Source: Tissierellales bacterium
Lineage (GTDB): Bacteria; Bacillota; Clostridia; Tissierellales; Tissierellaceae
Direction of reading: 5' to 3'
Assembly: GCA_014360205.1 (NCBI GenBank)
Contig: JACIXZ010000001.1
Coordinates: forward strand, 58,137 to 90,136
DNA: 32,000 nucleotides
The translations under genes and the position numbers were made by a program. Below, in pieces: positions 24,364-32,000 of this stretch. Each line of letters opens with the position of its first letter. The stretch's first letter is position 1. Below the pieces are notes generated by a model. The model was not told where the DNA came from. It saw only the letters and a program-made list of their open reading frames with translations, and did not search any database.

Positions 24364-25055
24364 AAATATTAGGTATGGATACATCGACGTTGATGACAAC
24401 TGTGGCTATAACTGAAGATAAGAAACTTTTAGGAGAATATTCCTTATCTGTTGATATGAGTCATTCGGAAATGTTAGTGCCAATGATAAAAAATGTATTA
24501 GATAGTTTAAAAATCAAGATAGAGGATATTGATCTATATGCAATCTCAATTGGGCCAGGTTCATTTACAGGATTAAGGATTGCTTTAGCAACAGCAAAAG
24601 GATTTGCTTTAGCTCAAAAAAAACCAGTTATTGGAGTATCGACACTTGAAGTCTTAGCTTATAATGTTTGCTCAAAATCATACATAGTACCTATGCTTGA
24701 TGCAAGAAAAGACAGGGTATTCTCTGGGATATATAAATGGGAAGAGAACAAATTAGTTGTTATAAAACCAGATGATGCTCTAGAAATTGAAGAGTATTGC
24801 AAATATCTTAATAAAAATTATGATAAACTTTATGTAAATGGGAATGGTAGCATCACATATAAAGCTATAATAGAAAAGATTTTAGGAGAGAAAGTTACTT
24901 TCACTCCATATAATCTAAATTATATAAGAGCTAGTAGCATTTGTGAGATTGCTTATGATAGATTTAAAGAAGGATTAATCGATGATGTAGACAATTTAAA
25001 ACCAGTATATTTAAGAGAATCTCAAGCTGAAAGACAGTTTTCAAAGGGAGAATAG
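24360..25055 (+). CDS. tsaB: tRNA t6A37 biosynthesis protein TsaB
   Basis: ATGA overlap with the tsaE stop. ILGMDTST...SIGPGSFTGLRIALATAKG is the YeaZ/TsaB signature. Confidence 0.9.
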   Translation: MKILGMDTSTLMTTVAITEDKKLLGEYSLSVDMSHSEMLVPMIKNVLDSLKIKIEDIDLYAISIGPGSFTGLRIALATAKGFALAQKKPVIGVSTLEVLAYNVCSKSYIVPMLDARKDRVFSGIYKWEENKLVVIKPDDALEIEEYCKYLNKNYDKLYVNGNGSITYKAIIEKILGEKVTFTPYNLNYIRASSICEIAYDRFKEGLIDDVDNLKPVYLRESQAERQFSKGE

Positions 25056-25056
25056 A

Positions 25057-25500
25057 ATGAAAGTTACAATCAGACAAATGGAATCAAAAGACTTAATGGA
25101 AGTTTATGACATAGAGAAAGAATCTTTCTCAATACCTTGGAGTTACGAAGCATTAAAGAAAGAGGTTGAAGAAAACTTATTGGCGCTATATATTGTTGCT
25201 GAAATAGATGAAAAAATAGTTGGTTATTTAGGCATGTGGAAAATAATGGATGAAGCTCATATAACAAACATTGCTGTAAAAAAAGAGTATAGAGGTCAAG
25301 GTATTGGGGATTATTTAATTTTAGCAATAATAGATTATTGTGATAAACACAATATACCAAATATCACGTTAGAGGTAAGAAAATCTAATGAAGTCGCTAT
25401 AAATTTATATAAAAAACATGGATTTAGCGAATGTGGGATTAGACCAAAATATTATATTGATGACGATGAAGATGCTTTGATAATGTGGCGAAGAAAATAG
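25057..25500 (+). CDS. rimI: Ribosomal-protein-alanine N-acetyltransferase RimI (GNAT)
   Basis: GNAT motif A is IAVKKEYRGQGIGDYLI. The position between tsaB and tsaD is the conserved rimI slot. Confidence 0.85.
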   Translation: MKVTIRQMESKDLMEVYDIEKESFSIPWSYEALKKEVEENLLALYIVAEIDEKIVGYLGMWKIMDEAHITNIAVKKEYRGQGIGDYLILAIIDYCDKHNIPNITLEVRKSNEVAINLYKKHGFSECGIRPKYYIDDDEDALIMWRRK

Positions 25501-25509
25501 AGGTGAAAT

Positions 25510-26511
25510 ATGAAGACATTGGCGATAGAAACTTCCTGCGATGAAACTTCAATAGCTGTAATCGAAGATGGAAGAAAAATACTTTCAAATATAATTTCAA
25601 CACAGATAGAAACTCACAGAAAATTTGGAGGGGTAGTACCAGAAATAGCATCGAGAATGCATGTTGAAAATATTACAAAGATTATGCAAATAGCATTAGA
25701 TGATGCAAAAGTCAATTTAAGTGAAATTGATTTTATATCAGTTACAAAAGGACCAGGTTTAGTAGGAGCATTACTTGTAGGGGTATCATTTGCAAAAGCT
25801 TTAGCTTATAGCTTAGACATACCTTTAGTTGGAGTAAATCATATAGAAGGGCATATTTGTGCAAATTATTTATCATATGAGGATGTAGAACCGCCTTTCA
25901 TAGCTCTAGTTATTTCTGGAGGGCACACATATTTAGTGGAAGTTATTGGATATGACAAATATAATGTAATCGGAAGAACAAGAGATGATGCAGTCGGAGA
26001 AGCTTTTGATAAAGTTGCTAGAGCTTTGGGATTAGCATATCCTGGTGGGCCTCTTATAGATAAATTAGCAAAAAACGGAAATCCACAAGCAATAAACTTT
26101 CCTAGAATATATTTAGAAGAAAATAGTTACGACTTTAGCTTTAGTGGACTTAAGACAGCAGTATTAAATTATTTAAACCAAAAGAAATTAAAGGATGAAG
26201 AAATTTGTGTTGAAGATGTAGCTGCTAGTTTTCAAATGGCTATAATAGAAGTTCTGTGTGAAAAAACATTCAGATTACTTAAAGAGAAAAAAATGAACAA
26301 ACTGGTAATAGCTGGAGGTGTAGCAGCAAATAGTGCTATAAGAGATATATTTAATCAAAAATCATTAGAAAACAATATTAAGCTTTATATACCAAAGATA
26401 AATCTTTGTACAGATAATGCTGCAATGATTGGTTCAGCAGGATATTATAGTTATATTGCTGGGAATAAATCTACTCTAGACTTAAAGGTAAATGCTAATT
26501 TGAGCCTGTAA
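25510..26511 (+). CDS. tsaD: tRNA N6-adenosine threonylcarbamoyltransferase TsaD
   Basis: LAIETSCDETS, GGVVPEIASR.H, GPGLVGALLVG, VNHIEGH, SGGHT, DDAVGEAFDKVAR.LGL.YPGGP, AGGVAAN and CTDNAAMIG are Kae1/TsaD motifs. Confidence 0.95.
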   Translation: MKTLAIETSCDETSIAVIEDGRKILSNIISTQIETHRKFGGVVPEIASRMHVENITKIMQIALDDAKVNLSEIDFISVTKGPGLVGALLVGVSFAKALAYSLDIPLVGVNHIEGHICANYLSYEDVEPPFIALVISGGHTYLVEVIGYDKYNVIGRTRDDAVGEAFDKVARALGLAYPGGPLIDKLAKNGNPQAINFPRIYLEENSYDFSFSGLKTAVLNYLNQKKLKDEEICVEDVAASFQMAIIEVLCEKTFRLLKEKKMNKLVIAGGVAANSAIRDIFNQKSLENNIKLYIPKINLCTDNAAMIGSAGYYSYIAGNKSTLDLKVNANLSL

Positions 26512-26530
26512 AGGATGGGAAACCATCCTT
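26511..26530. terminator. Shared hairpin between convergent tsaD and the ABC-F gene
   Basis: AAGGATGG-GAAA-CCATCCTT touches both stop codons (TAA at 26509-26511 on the plus strand; TAA complement at 26530-26532). There is no clear T tract on either side. Confidence 0.4.
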
Positions 26531-28431
26531 TAAGAGAGCTCTATCCATTTATCATACAATTCATTCAGATTTTTTTCAATTGTTTCCCTTTTATTTGACA
26601 GACTAAGAGCTTTTTCATGATCATCATAAGTATTTGGATCAGCTAAAATCATATCTATTTCATTCAACTTTTGTTCTAATTCAGAAATCTCTCTTTCCAA
26701 TAGTTTTTGTTTTTCTTTTAGCTTTTTTTCCTTAAGCATTAACTCTTTTTCTTTCTTTTTCTCAAGTTTTAGCTGTGTTTTTGTTTTTTCTTCTTCTGTT
26801 GGAATATCTTCTGTTAATTCTTTTTTCTTTTCCAAGTAGTAATCATAGTTTCCAAGATACTCAAAAATACCTTCTTCTGTGAGTTCATAAATTTTAGTCG
26901 CAATCTGGTTTAGAAAATATCTATCATGTGATATTACCAATACAGTCCCTGAGTACATATTCAAAGCATCTTCTAAAACTTCTTTAGAATCAATATCTAA
27001 ATGGTTGGTAGGTTCATCCATTAGTAAAAAATTAGCATCAGAAAGCATAAGTTTTAATAATGATAGTCTTGCCTTTTCTCCACCACTCAAAGATGATACC
27101 TCTTTAAATAAATCATCGCCAATGAAAAGAAATCTACTCAAATATGACCTTACTTGGAAATGAGTTAAATAGGGATAAGAATCCCAGATTTCGTCAATTA
27201 CTGTCTTATCATCTGAAAGATGAGACATTTCCTGATCAAAGTAACCTGCTTTAACATTTTTGCCTAAAAACACTTCTCCTCTATCTGATGGCATTTTACC
27301 CAATAATATTTTGAAAAGAGTTGTTTTTCCAATTCCATTAGGACCAATTAGACCAACCTTTTCACCTCTATATATACTTAATGAAATGTCTTTGAAAATT
27401 GTTTTACCATCGAAACTTTTAGATATGTTTTCAGCCAATAAAACATCCCTACCTGAAGTAACACTCGTTTCAAAGGTTAGAGATAATTTCTTATTGGTTT
27501 CTACCTTATCTAAGACTTTTATTTTATTGAGCATTTTTTGTCGACTTCTAGCTTGTTTTATATATCTTTCATCACCATATTGCATATATCTTTCAATGAT
27601 TTCTTGCTGTCTTTTTATCTCCTTTTGCTGATCTTCATATTGTTTTTTAAGAATTTCGATGTCTTTTTTTCTCTGTTGCATAAATTTTGTATAATTTGAA
27701 TTGTATATATACAATTTTTGATTTTCCAAATAAAAGACTCTATTTACAACTTTATCAAGAAAATATCTATCATGAGAAATCAATATAAGTGCCTTATTAT
27801 AATCTTTTATAAAATTTTCCAACCATTCGATAGATTCTATATCTAAATGATTTGTAGGCTCATCTAGCAATAAAATATCTGGCTTCTCCAATAATAGCTT
27901 AGCTAATGCTACCCTAGATTTTTGACCACCACTTAATATATTTATAGTTTTATCAAAATCCTCATCTTCAAAACCCAAACCCTTTAGAACACCTTTTATC
28001 TCAGATTTAAAGCCATATCCGTTTCTGTTGTTAAATTCCTCTAGAAGATATCCATATTCTTTCAGATATTGCTCATAAGACTGATCTGAATTATCACTTT
28101 TTCTGGATATTTCTTCTGCCAAAAAATTGATTCTTTTCTCCATCTCTATGATATCTTCAAAAACAGTCAAACACTCTTCAAAAATAGTTTTGCTAGAATT
28201 AACCATTGTTTGTTGTTTTAAATAGCCAATTTTCATTGTGGATTTAATAAATATTTCACCACTATCAGGTTCTAAATTTTTAGAAATAATTTCAAACAAT
28301 GTAGTTTTTCCTGCTCCGTTTAAGCCGAGCAAACCTATTTTATCTTTTTCATCAACAAAAAAAGAAACATTATCAAGTATTTTTTTGTCTATAAATGATT
28401 TTGTTATATTTGAAGCTGAAAGCACTAGCAT
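26530..28431 (-). CDS. ABC-F family ATPase (translation-associated, Uup/YdiF-like) with a C-terminal coiled coil
   Basis: ATG at 28431 lies 5 nt after GGAGGGA. There are two cassettes with no TM domain (GLNGAGKTT/LSGGQKSRV/LLLDEPTNHLD and GPNGIGKTT/LSGGEKARL/LLMDEPTNHLD), a charged inter-domain linker and a Lys/Glu-rich tail. Confidence 0.9.
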   Translation of the reverse strand: MLVLSASNITKSFIDKKILDNVSFFVDEKDKIGLLGLNGAGKTTLFEIISKNLEPDSGEIFIKSTMKIGYLKQQTMVNSSKTIFEECLTVFEDIIEMEKRINFLAEEISRKSDNSDQSYEQYLKEYGYLLEEFNNRNGYGFKSEIKGVLKGLGFEDEDFDKTINILSGGQKSRVALAKLLLEKPDILLLDEPTNHLDIESIEWLENFIKDYNKALILISHDRYFLDKVVNRVFYLENQKLYIYNSNYTKFMQQRKKDIEILKKQYEDQQKEIKRQQEIIERYMQYGDERYIKQARSRQKMLNKIKVLDKVETNKKLSLTFETSVTSGRDVLLAENISKSFDGKTIFKDISLSIYRGEKVGLIGPNGIGKTTLFKILLGKMPSDRGEVFLGKNVKAGYFDQEMSHLSDDKTVIDEIWDSYPYLTHFQVRSYLSRFLFIGDDLFKEVSSLSGGEKARLSLLKLMLSDANFLLMDEPTNHLDIDSKEVLEDALNMYSGTVLVISHDRYFLNQIATKIYELTEEGIFEYLGNYDYYLEKKKELTEDIPTEEEKTKTQLKLEKKKEKELMLKEKKLKEKQKLLEREISELEQKLNEIDMILADPNTYDDHEKALSLSNKRETIEKNLNELYDKWIELS

Positions 28432-28555
28432 ATTAATCCCTCCGACCAATACATTTTAACATAATAAATAATTATTATAAATAGTTATACAAATTGAAGA
28501 TTTTTGTTATAAAAAAATTTTTTATTATGTTATCATTATTTTGGGAGGAATAGAC

Positions 28556-30247
28556 ATGATAATCTTAATAATAAGAAATTTATTAAGCTGTATTGGGATC
28601 ATAATGTTATTATCATTTTTGATGACAAGAAACAAATATCTAAGAAATATAATAACTAAAAATGAGAAAAGTTTTAAAGAGAAAATTATATTAATTTTAA
28701 TTTTTTCGATATATGGGATAATTGGTACATATACTGGTATTCAAATAAATGGAGCTATTGCGAATTCAAGGGTAATAGGAGTATTTGTCGGAGGACTTTT
28801 AGGCGGACCATTTGTTGGTGCTATATCTGGGTTAATTGCGGGATTACATAGAATAGCAATAGACATAAATGGATTTACAGCTTTTGCTTGTGCAATTTCA
28901 ACTTTTACTGAAGGAATACTAGCAGGATTACTAAAGAATAGGTTTGATAAAAGTGAAAATAAAATTGCATTTGCACTTGTATTTGGTATGATAGCAGAAG
29001 TTATACAGATGATAATCATACTTATATTTGCTAGACCTTTTTCTGAAGCATTAGAATTGGTTAGGATAATATCTTTGCCAATGATTATTACAAATGGTAT
29101 TGGAATAAGTCTCTCCATATCATTAATCCATAGTTCTATTACTGAAATAGATTCAAGAGAAGCATATCAAGCACAATTAGCATTAAAAATTGCTGATAAA
29201 ACTTTTCCTTATATGAGGAAAGGTTTAACGGCTGAAACTGCTAAGACTGTTGCTGAAATAATTTATTCAATGACTAATTTCGATGCAGTTTCTATCACAG
29301 ACCAAAATAAAATTCTTGCTCATGTAGGTGTTGGGGAAGAGCACCATAAAGAGAATCAAGGTATAATGACTGGATTAACTAAAAGAGTTTTGAGAAGTGG
29401 GGAAAAACATTTTGCACTTGAACGAGAAATGATCAATTGTTCTAATAAAAATTGCAAACTTAATTCAGCAATTGTAGTTCCTCTAAAATATGGAAATAAA
29501 ATTGTTGGAGCATTGAAACTATACAAGAAATCAAAACTTTCAATATCTAAAACTGAAGAAGCACTAGCCGATGGATTAGGAAAGCTATTTTCGACTCAAA
29601 TTGAGCTTAGTGAATTTGACTATCAAAATGAACTCTTAATGCAATCAGAGCTTAAGGCATTGCAAGCTCAGATAAATCCACATTTTTTATTTAATGCAAT
29701 TAACACTATAGCTGCTTTGACAAGGTCATCTCCAGATAAAGCTAGGGGGCTGTTGATTCATTTGAGCAATTATTTTAGGAATAGTTTGACTGATCCTAAT
29801 GATGAAGTGGATTTACAAAGAGAAATTGAAAACATAAAATCATACTTAGAAATAGAAAAAGCTAGGTTTGGTGACAAGCTTAACATAGTATACGACATAC
29901 CTGAAGGATTAAATTGTTATCTTCCGCCTTTGATAATCCAACCAATTGTTGAGAATGCAGTAAAACATGGCATATTTGAGAAAAATGGCAATGGAGAAAT
30001 AAGGATTGAAATAAAAAATGATGAAAATGATATTTTGATTTATGTTATTGATAATGGGGTCGGAATGGATGAGAAAACTTTAGAAAATATCTATATGTCA
30101 ACGAATAATAATTGTATTGGAATTAGAAATGTAAACGATAGACTAAGAGTTAAATATGGAGAAGATTATAAGCTCAGATTAGATAGTAAGTTAAATTGCG
30201 GAACAACAGCATTAATTAAAATTCCTAAAAAACTAAAGGTGGTGTGA
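28556..30247 (+). CDS. LytS/BtsS-type sensor histidine kinase (5TMR-LYT, GAF, His_kinase and HATPase domains)
   Basis: ATG at 28556 lies 7 nt after GGGAGG. An N-terminal multi-TM region with GG-rich helices is followed by a GAF-like middle. LKALQAQINPHFLFNAINTI is the phospho-His box of the LytS family, and ENAVKHG...DNGVGM is the ATPase domain. Confidence 0.9.
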   Translation: MIILIIRNLLSCIGIIMLLSFLMTRNKYLRNIITKNEKSFKEKIILILIFSIYGIIGTYTGIQINGAIANSRVIGVFVGGLLGGPFVGAISGLIAGLHRIAIDINGFTAFACAISTFTEGILAGLLKNRFDKSENKIAFALVFGMIAEVIQMIIILIFARPFSEALELVRIISLPMIITNGIGISLSISLIHSSITEIDSREAYQAQLALKIADKTFPYMRKGLTAETAKTVAEIIYSMTNFDAVSITDQNKILAHVGVGEEHHKENQGIMTGLTKRVLRSGEKHFALEREMINCSNKNCKLNSAIVVPLKYGNKIVGALKLYKKSKLSISKTEEALADGLGKLFSTQIELSEFDYQNELLMQSELKALQAQINPHFLFNAINTIAALTRSSPDKARGLLIHLSNYFRNSLTDPNDEVDLQREIENIKSYLEIEKARFGDKLNIVYDIPEGLNCYLPPLIIQPIVENAVKHGIFEKNGNGEIRIEIKNDENDILIYVIDNGVGMDEKTLENIYMSTNNNCIGIRNVNDRLRVKYGEDYKLRLDSKLNCGTTALIKIPKKLKVV

Positions 30248-30251
30248 TAGT

Positions 30252-30998
30252 TTGATAAAAATACTTATAGCTGATGATGAAAATTTAGCCAGAGAAGATA
30301 TAAAGTATTTCTTAAATAAGTATGAAGAATTTCATGTAATCGGTGAAGCTAAAGACGGCAAAGAAGTTTTGGATATGAATCAAAAGTTAAAACCTGATTT
30401 AATTTTTTTAGACATCAAAATGCCAGTTTTTAATGGAATAGAAATCGCTAGAATAATCAACAACTTCAAAGTTAAGCCAGAGATAATATTTCTTACAGCA
30501 TATGATGAGTTTGCATTAGATGCTTTTAGCTTAAATGCACTTGACTATTTATTGAAACCCATTTCGGAAGAGCGATTTTCCCAAATGGTTAATAAATTGC
30601 TATCAAGATTTCAAAACAATGAAAACATACAAAATGAAGCAAAAAATAATATATATAACAATAGCACACAAGTTATAAGTGCACATAAGAATGGTGTTAT
30701 TATACCGATAAAATTTAAAGATATCATTTATGCAACTATAGACAATAAAGATACTATTTTAGTGACAAAGAATGACAGTTATAAAGTTAATATGACACTT
30801 TCGGAACTCTATAATTTAGTGAAGGAGCATAATTTTTTTAGAACACATAAATCATTTATTGTAAATATAAATTTCATTGAGAAAATTGAACCTTGGTTTA
30901 ATTCCACTTACAATATAAAAATGATCGGGAAAGATTCTAACATTCCCGTAAGCAGAAATTATGTTAGAGAATTCAGAGATAGAATGAATATCAACTAG
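30252..30998 (+). CDS. LytTR-family response regulator
   Basis: TTG start lies 9 nt after AAGGTGGTG. The receiver has ILIADDE...LIFLDIKMP (phospho-Asp)...LTAYDEFAL.AF...DYLLKP. The C-terminal LytTR domain has FFRTHKSFIVN...IPVSRNY. Confidence 0.9.
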   Translation: MIKILIADDENLAREDIKYFLNKYEEFHVIGEAKDGKEVLDMNQKLKPDLIFLDIKMPVFNGIEIARIINNFKVKPEIIFLTAYDEFALDAFSLNALDYLLKPISEERFSQMVNKLLSRFQNNENIQNEAKNNIYNNSTQVISAHKNGVIIPIKFKDIIYATIDNKDTILVTKNDSYKVNMTLSELYNLVKEHNFFRTHKSFIVNINFIEKIEPWFNSTYNIKMIGKDSNIPVSRNYVREFRDRMNIN

Positions 30999-31024
30999 TT
31001 GCATTTTACTAGTTGATATTTTCA
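30990..31024 (+). terminator. Intrinsic terminator after the response regulator
   Basis: ATCAACTAGT (30990-30999) / ACTAGTTGAT (31008-31017) perfect 10-bp stem overlapping the TAG stop, followed by ATTTTCATTTT. Confidence 0.65.
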
Positions 31025-31105
31025 TTTTAACCATTAAATTTTACTTTTTAGCAAAAAATTAAGATTAATTTATTTCATTTGATATAGTTTAATTAGGAGG
31101 ATGTT

Positions 31106-31600
31106 ATGGAGAGTATTCAATATATAGATTTTTTAAAAGAAAGATTAAGTAAATATTATGACATTACAGAAAATTACATGATAAGTGATATTAACTTTGA
31201 AGTCATTGCTAAATGTAATGTTATTTCAGAGAGATATTTTTTCACTAAAGGAGCTGTGATAGATTCATTTAATACTTATGAATATTATCTAATAAAAACA
31301 ATAGATACTTATAACTTAGATTATTTCAAAAGTTTATTAGAGAAAATTATCACAAATCTAGATTCATATGAAGTGGAAGAAAATCACATGAGAACAATAG
31401 TAAACTTAGTATTTTTAATTAATGAAAATAGTGGGGAGAATATAGAAAATTTTGTTAAAAAGTTTAGATATTCAAGAAATATAAAATTTGGGTTAAAAGG
31501 ATGGATAGAGGCAAGCTTGGTATTGGTAAATTTAAAAGAAAATATAATAATATCTAACAAAAAAGGTAAGGACATAATTGAATTTTTAAAAATAAAATAA
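31106..31600 (+). CDS. Hypothetical cytoplasmic protein (164 aa), no recognised family
   Basis: A strong RBS AGGAGG lies 6 nt before the ATG. It is the only long ORF here, is 25 nt from cstA on the same strand, and has no TM segments. Confidence 0.6.
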   Translation: MESIQYIDFLKERLSKYYDITENYMISDINFEVIAKCNVISERYFFTKGAVIDSFNTYEYYLIKTIDTYNLDYFKSLLEKIITNLDSYEVEENHMRTIVNLVFLINENSGENIENFVKKFRYSRNIKFGLKGWIEASLVLVNLKENIIISNKKGKDIIEFLKIK

Positions 31601-31625
31601 AATTTTATTAGAAAGGGGTATTATT

Positions 31626-32000
31626 ATGAGTTCATTATTAATTGTAGTAAGTAGCATATTGATATTTATATTAGCTTATGCTACATATGGATCTTGGCTT
31701 GCTAAGAAGTGGGGCATAGATATTAGCAGAAAAACTCCTGCTAACGAAATCAATGATGGAATAGACTATGTGCCAACTAGACCTCAAGTCTTATTAGGAC
31801 ATCATTTTGCTTCTATAGCAGGTGCAGGGCCAATAAATGGGCCAATTCAAGCGGCAGTGTTTGGATGGGTACCTGTGTTATTATGGATTGTTATAGGAAG
31901 TATTTTCTTTGGTGGTGTTCATGATTTTGGATCTCTGTTTGTTTCAATTAGACACGATGGAAAATCAATAGGAGAAGTTATAAACGATACCATGGGGAAA
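31626..32000 (+). CDS. cstA: Carbon starvation protein A / pyruvate-peptide transporter family (CstA/BtsT), N-terminal part; the 3' end lies outside the window
   Basis: ATG at 31626 follows [25 protein letters not shown]....DG.DYVPT....[34 protein letters not shown] is the CstA N-terminal signature. Confidence 0.9.
   Translation, partial: MSSLLIVVSSILIFILAYATYGSWLAKKWGIDISRKTPANEINDGIDYVPTRPQVLLGHHFASIAGAGPINGPIQAAVFGWVPVLLWIVIGSIFFGGVHDFGSLFVSIRHDGKSIGEVINDTMGK

Noticed and set aside
683-31575. About 35 short ORFs (60-125 aa) in the track lying antisense to or inside the long genes. Examples: 683-991, 4345-4530, 5386-5604, 6982-7182, 10116-10382, 11082-11354, 12174-12473, 12197-12430, 12728-12961, 13953-14195, 14574-14840, 15714-15911, 16378-16662, 16777-17385, 19437-19910, 20928-21116, 21497-21685, 23159-23377, 25070-25651, 27260-27631, 28238-28459, 28741-29118, 30852-31034, 31384-31575.
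   Set aside because: Each overlaps a CDS with strong family-level evidence on the other strand or frame. None has a credible RBS, and all have low-complexity, Ser/Leu/Ile/Phe-rich translations typical of shadow ORFs in AT-rich genomes.
1-32000. A scan for defence or mobile content: CRISPR repeats, transposase/integrase/recombinase genes, toxin-antitoxin pairs, restriction-modification, phage genes, tRNA/rRNA.
   Set aside because: Every long ORF is accounted for by metabolic, transport, regulatory or translation-related families. I saw no regularly spaced direct repeats and no tRNA-like cloverleaf candidates by eye. A covariance-model scan would be needed to exclude small RNAs formally.

Overview
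This is an AT-rich, gene-dense chromosomal window that looks like a low-GC Firmicute of Clostridia/Tissierellia type (GGAGG-type RBSs, sigma-54 activator, LytS/LytTR, ECF RibU). I found no rRNA, tRNA, CRISPR, transposase, integrase or phage genes. Left to right: the 3' end of dsdA; a 4-OT tautomerase; a RAT/terminator-controlled antiterminator-PTS(EIICB-Glc)-EIIA operon; a GAF-like/HD-GYP/PilZ-like protein; a DUF3784-PH membrane protein; a sigma-54-promoted peptide ABC importer (SBP, 2 permeases, fused double ATPase) ending in a cytoplasmic cyanophycinase; a small membrane protein; a sigma-54 enhancer-binding protein with an AstE/AspA-family hydrolase and isoaspartyl dipeptidase IadA; a DegV(FakB-like)/DAK2(FakA-like)/PlsY cluster; an MFS transporter; about 330 nt of structured non-coding DNA; a small membrane protein; FMN riboswitch-ribU; tsaE-tsaB-rimI-tsaD; an ABC-F ATPase; and LytS-like kinase/LytTR regulator/unknown 164-aa gene/cstA (3' end cut by the window edge). 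The most interesting candidate is the sigma-54-controlled locus at about 6.2-17.6 kb. It reads as a salvage system for cyanophycin-derived or other beta-aspartyl peptides, with no synthetase in view and an unassigned AstE/AspA-family hydrolase. All calls rest on reading the translations and sequence motifs from memory; no database search was possible.
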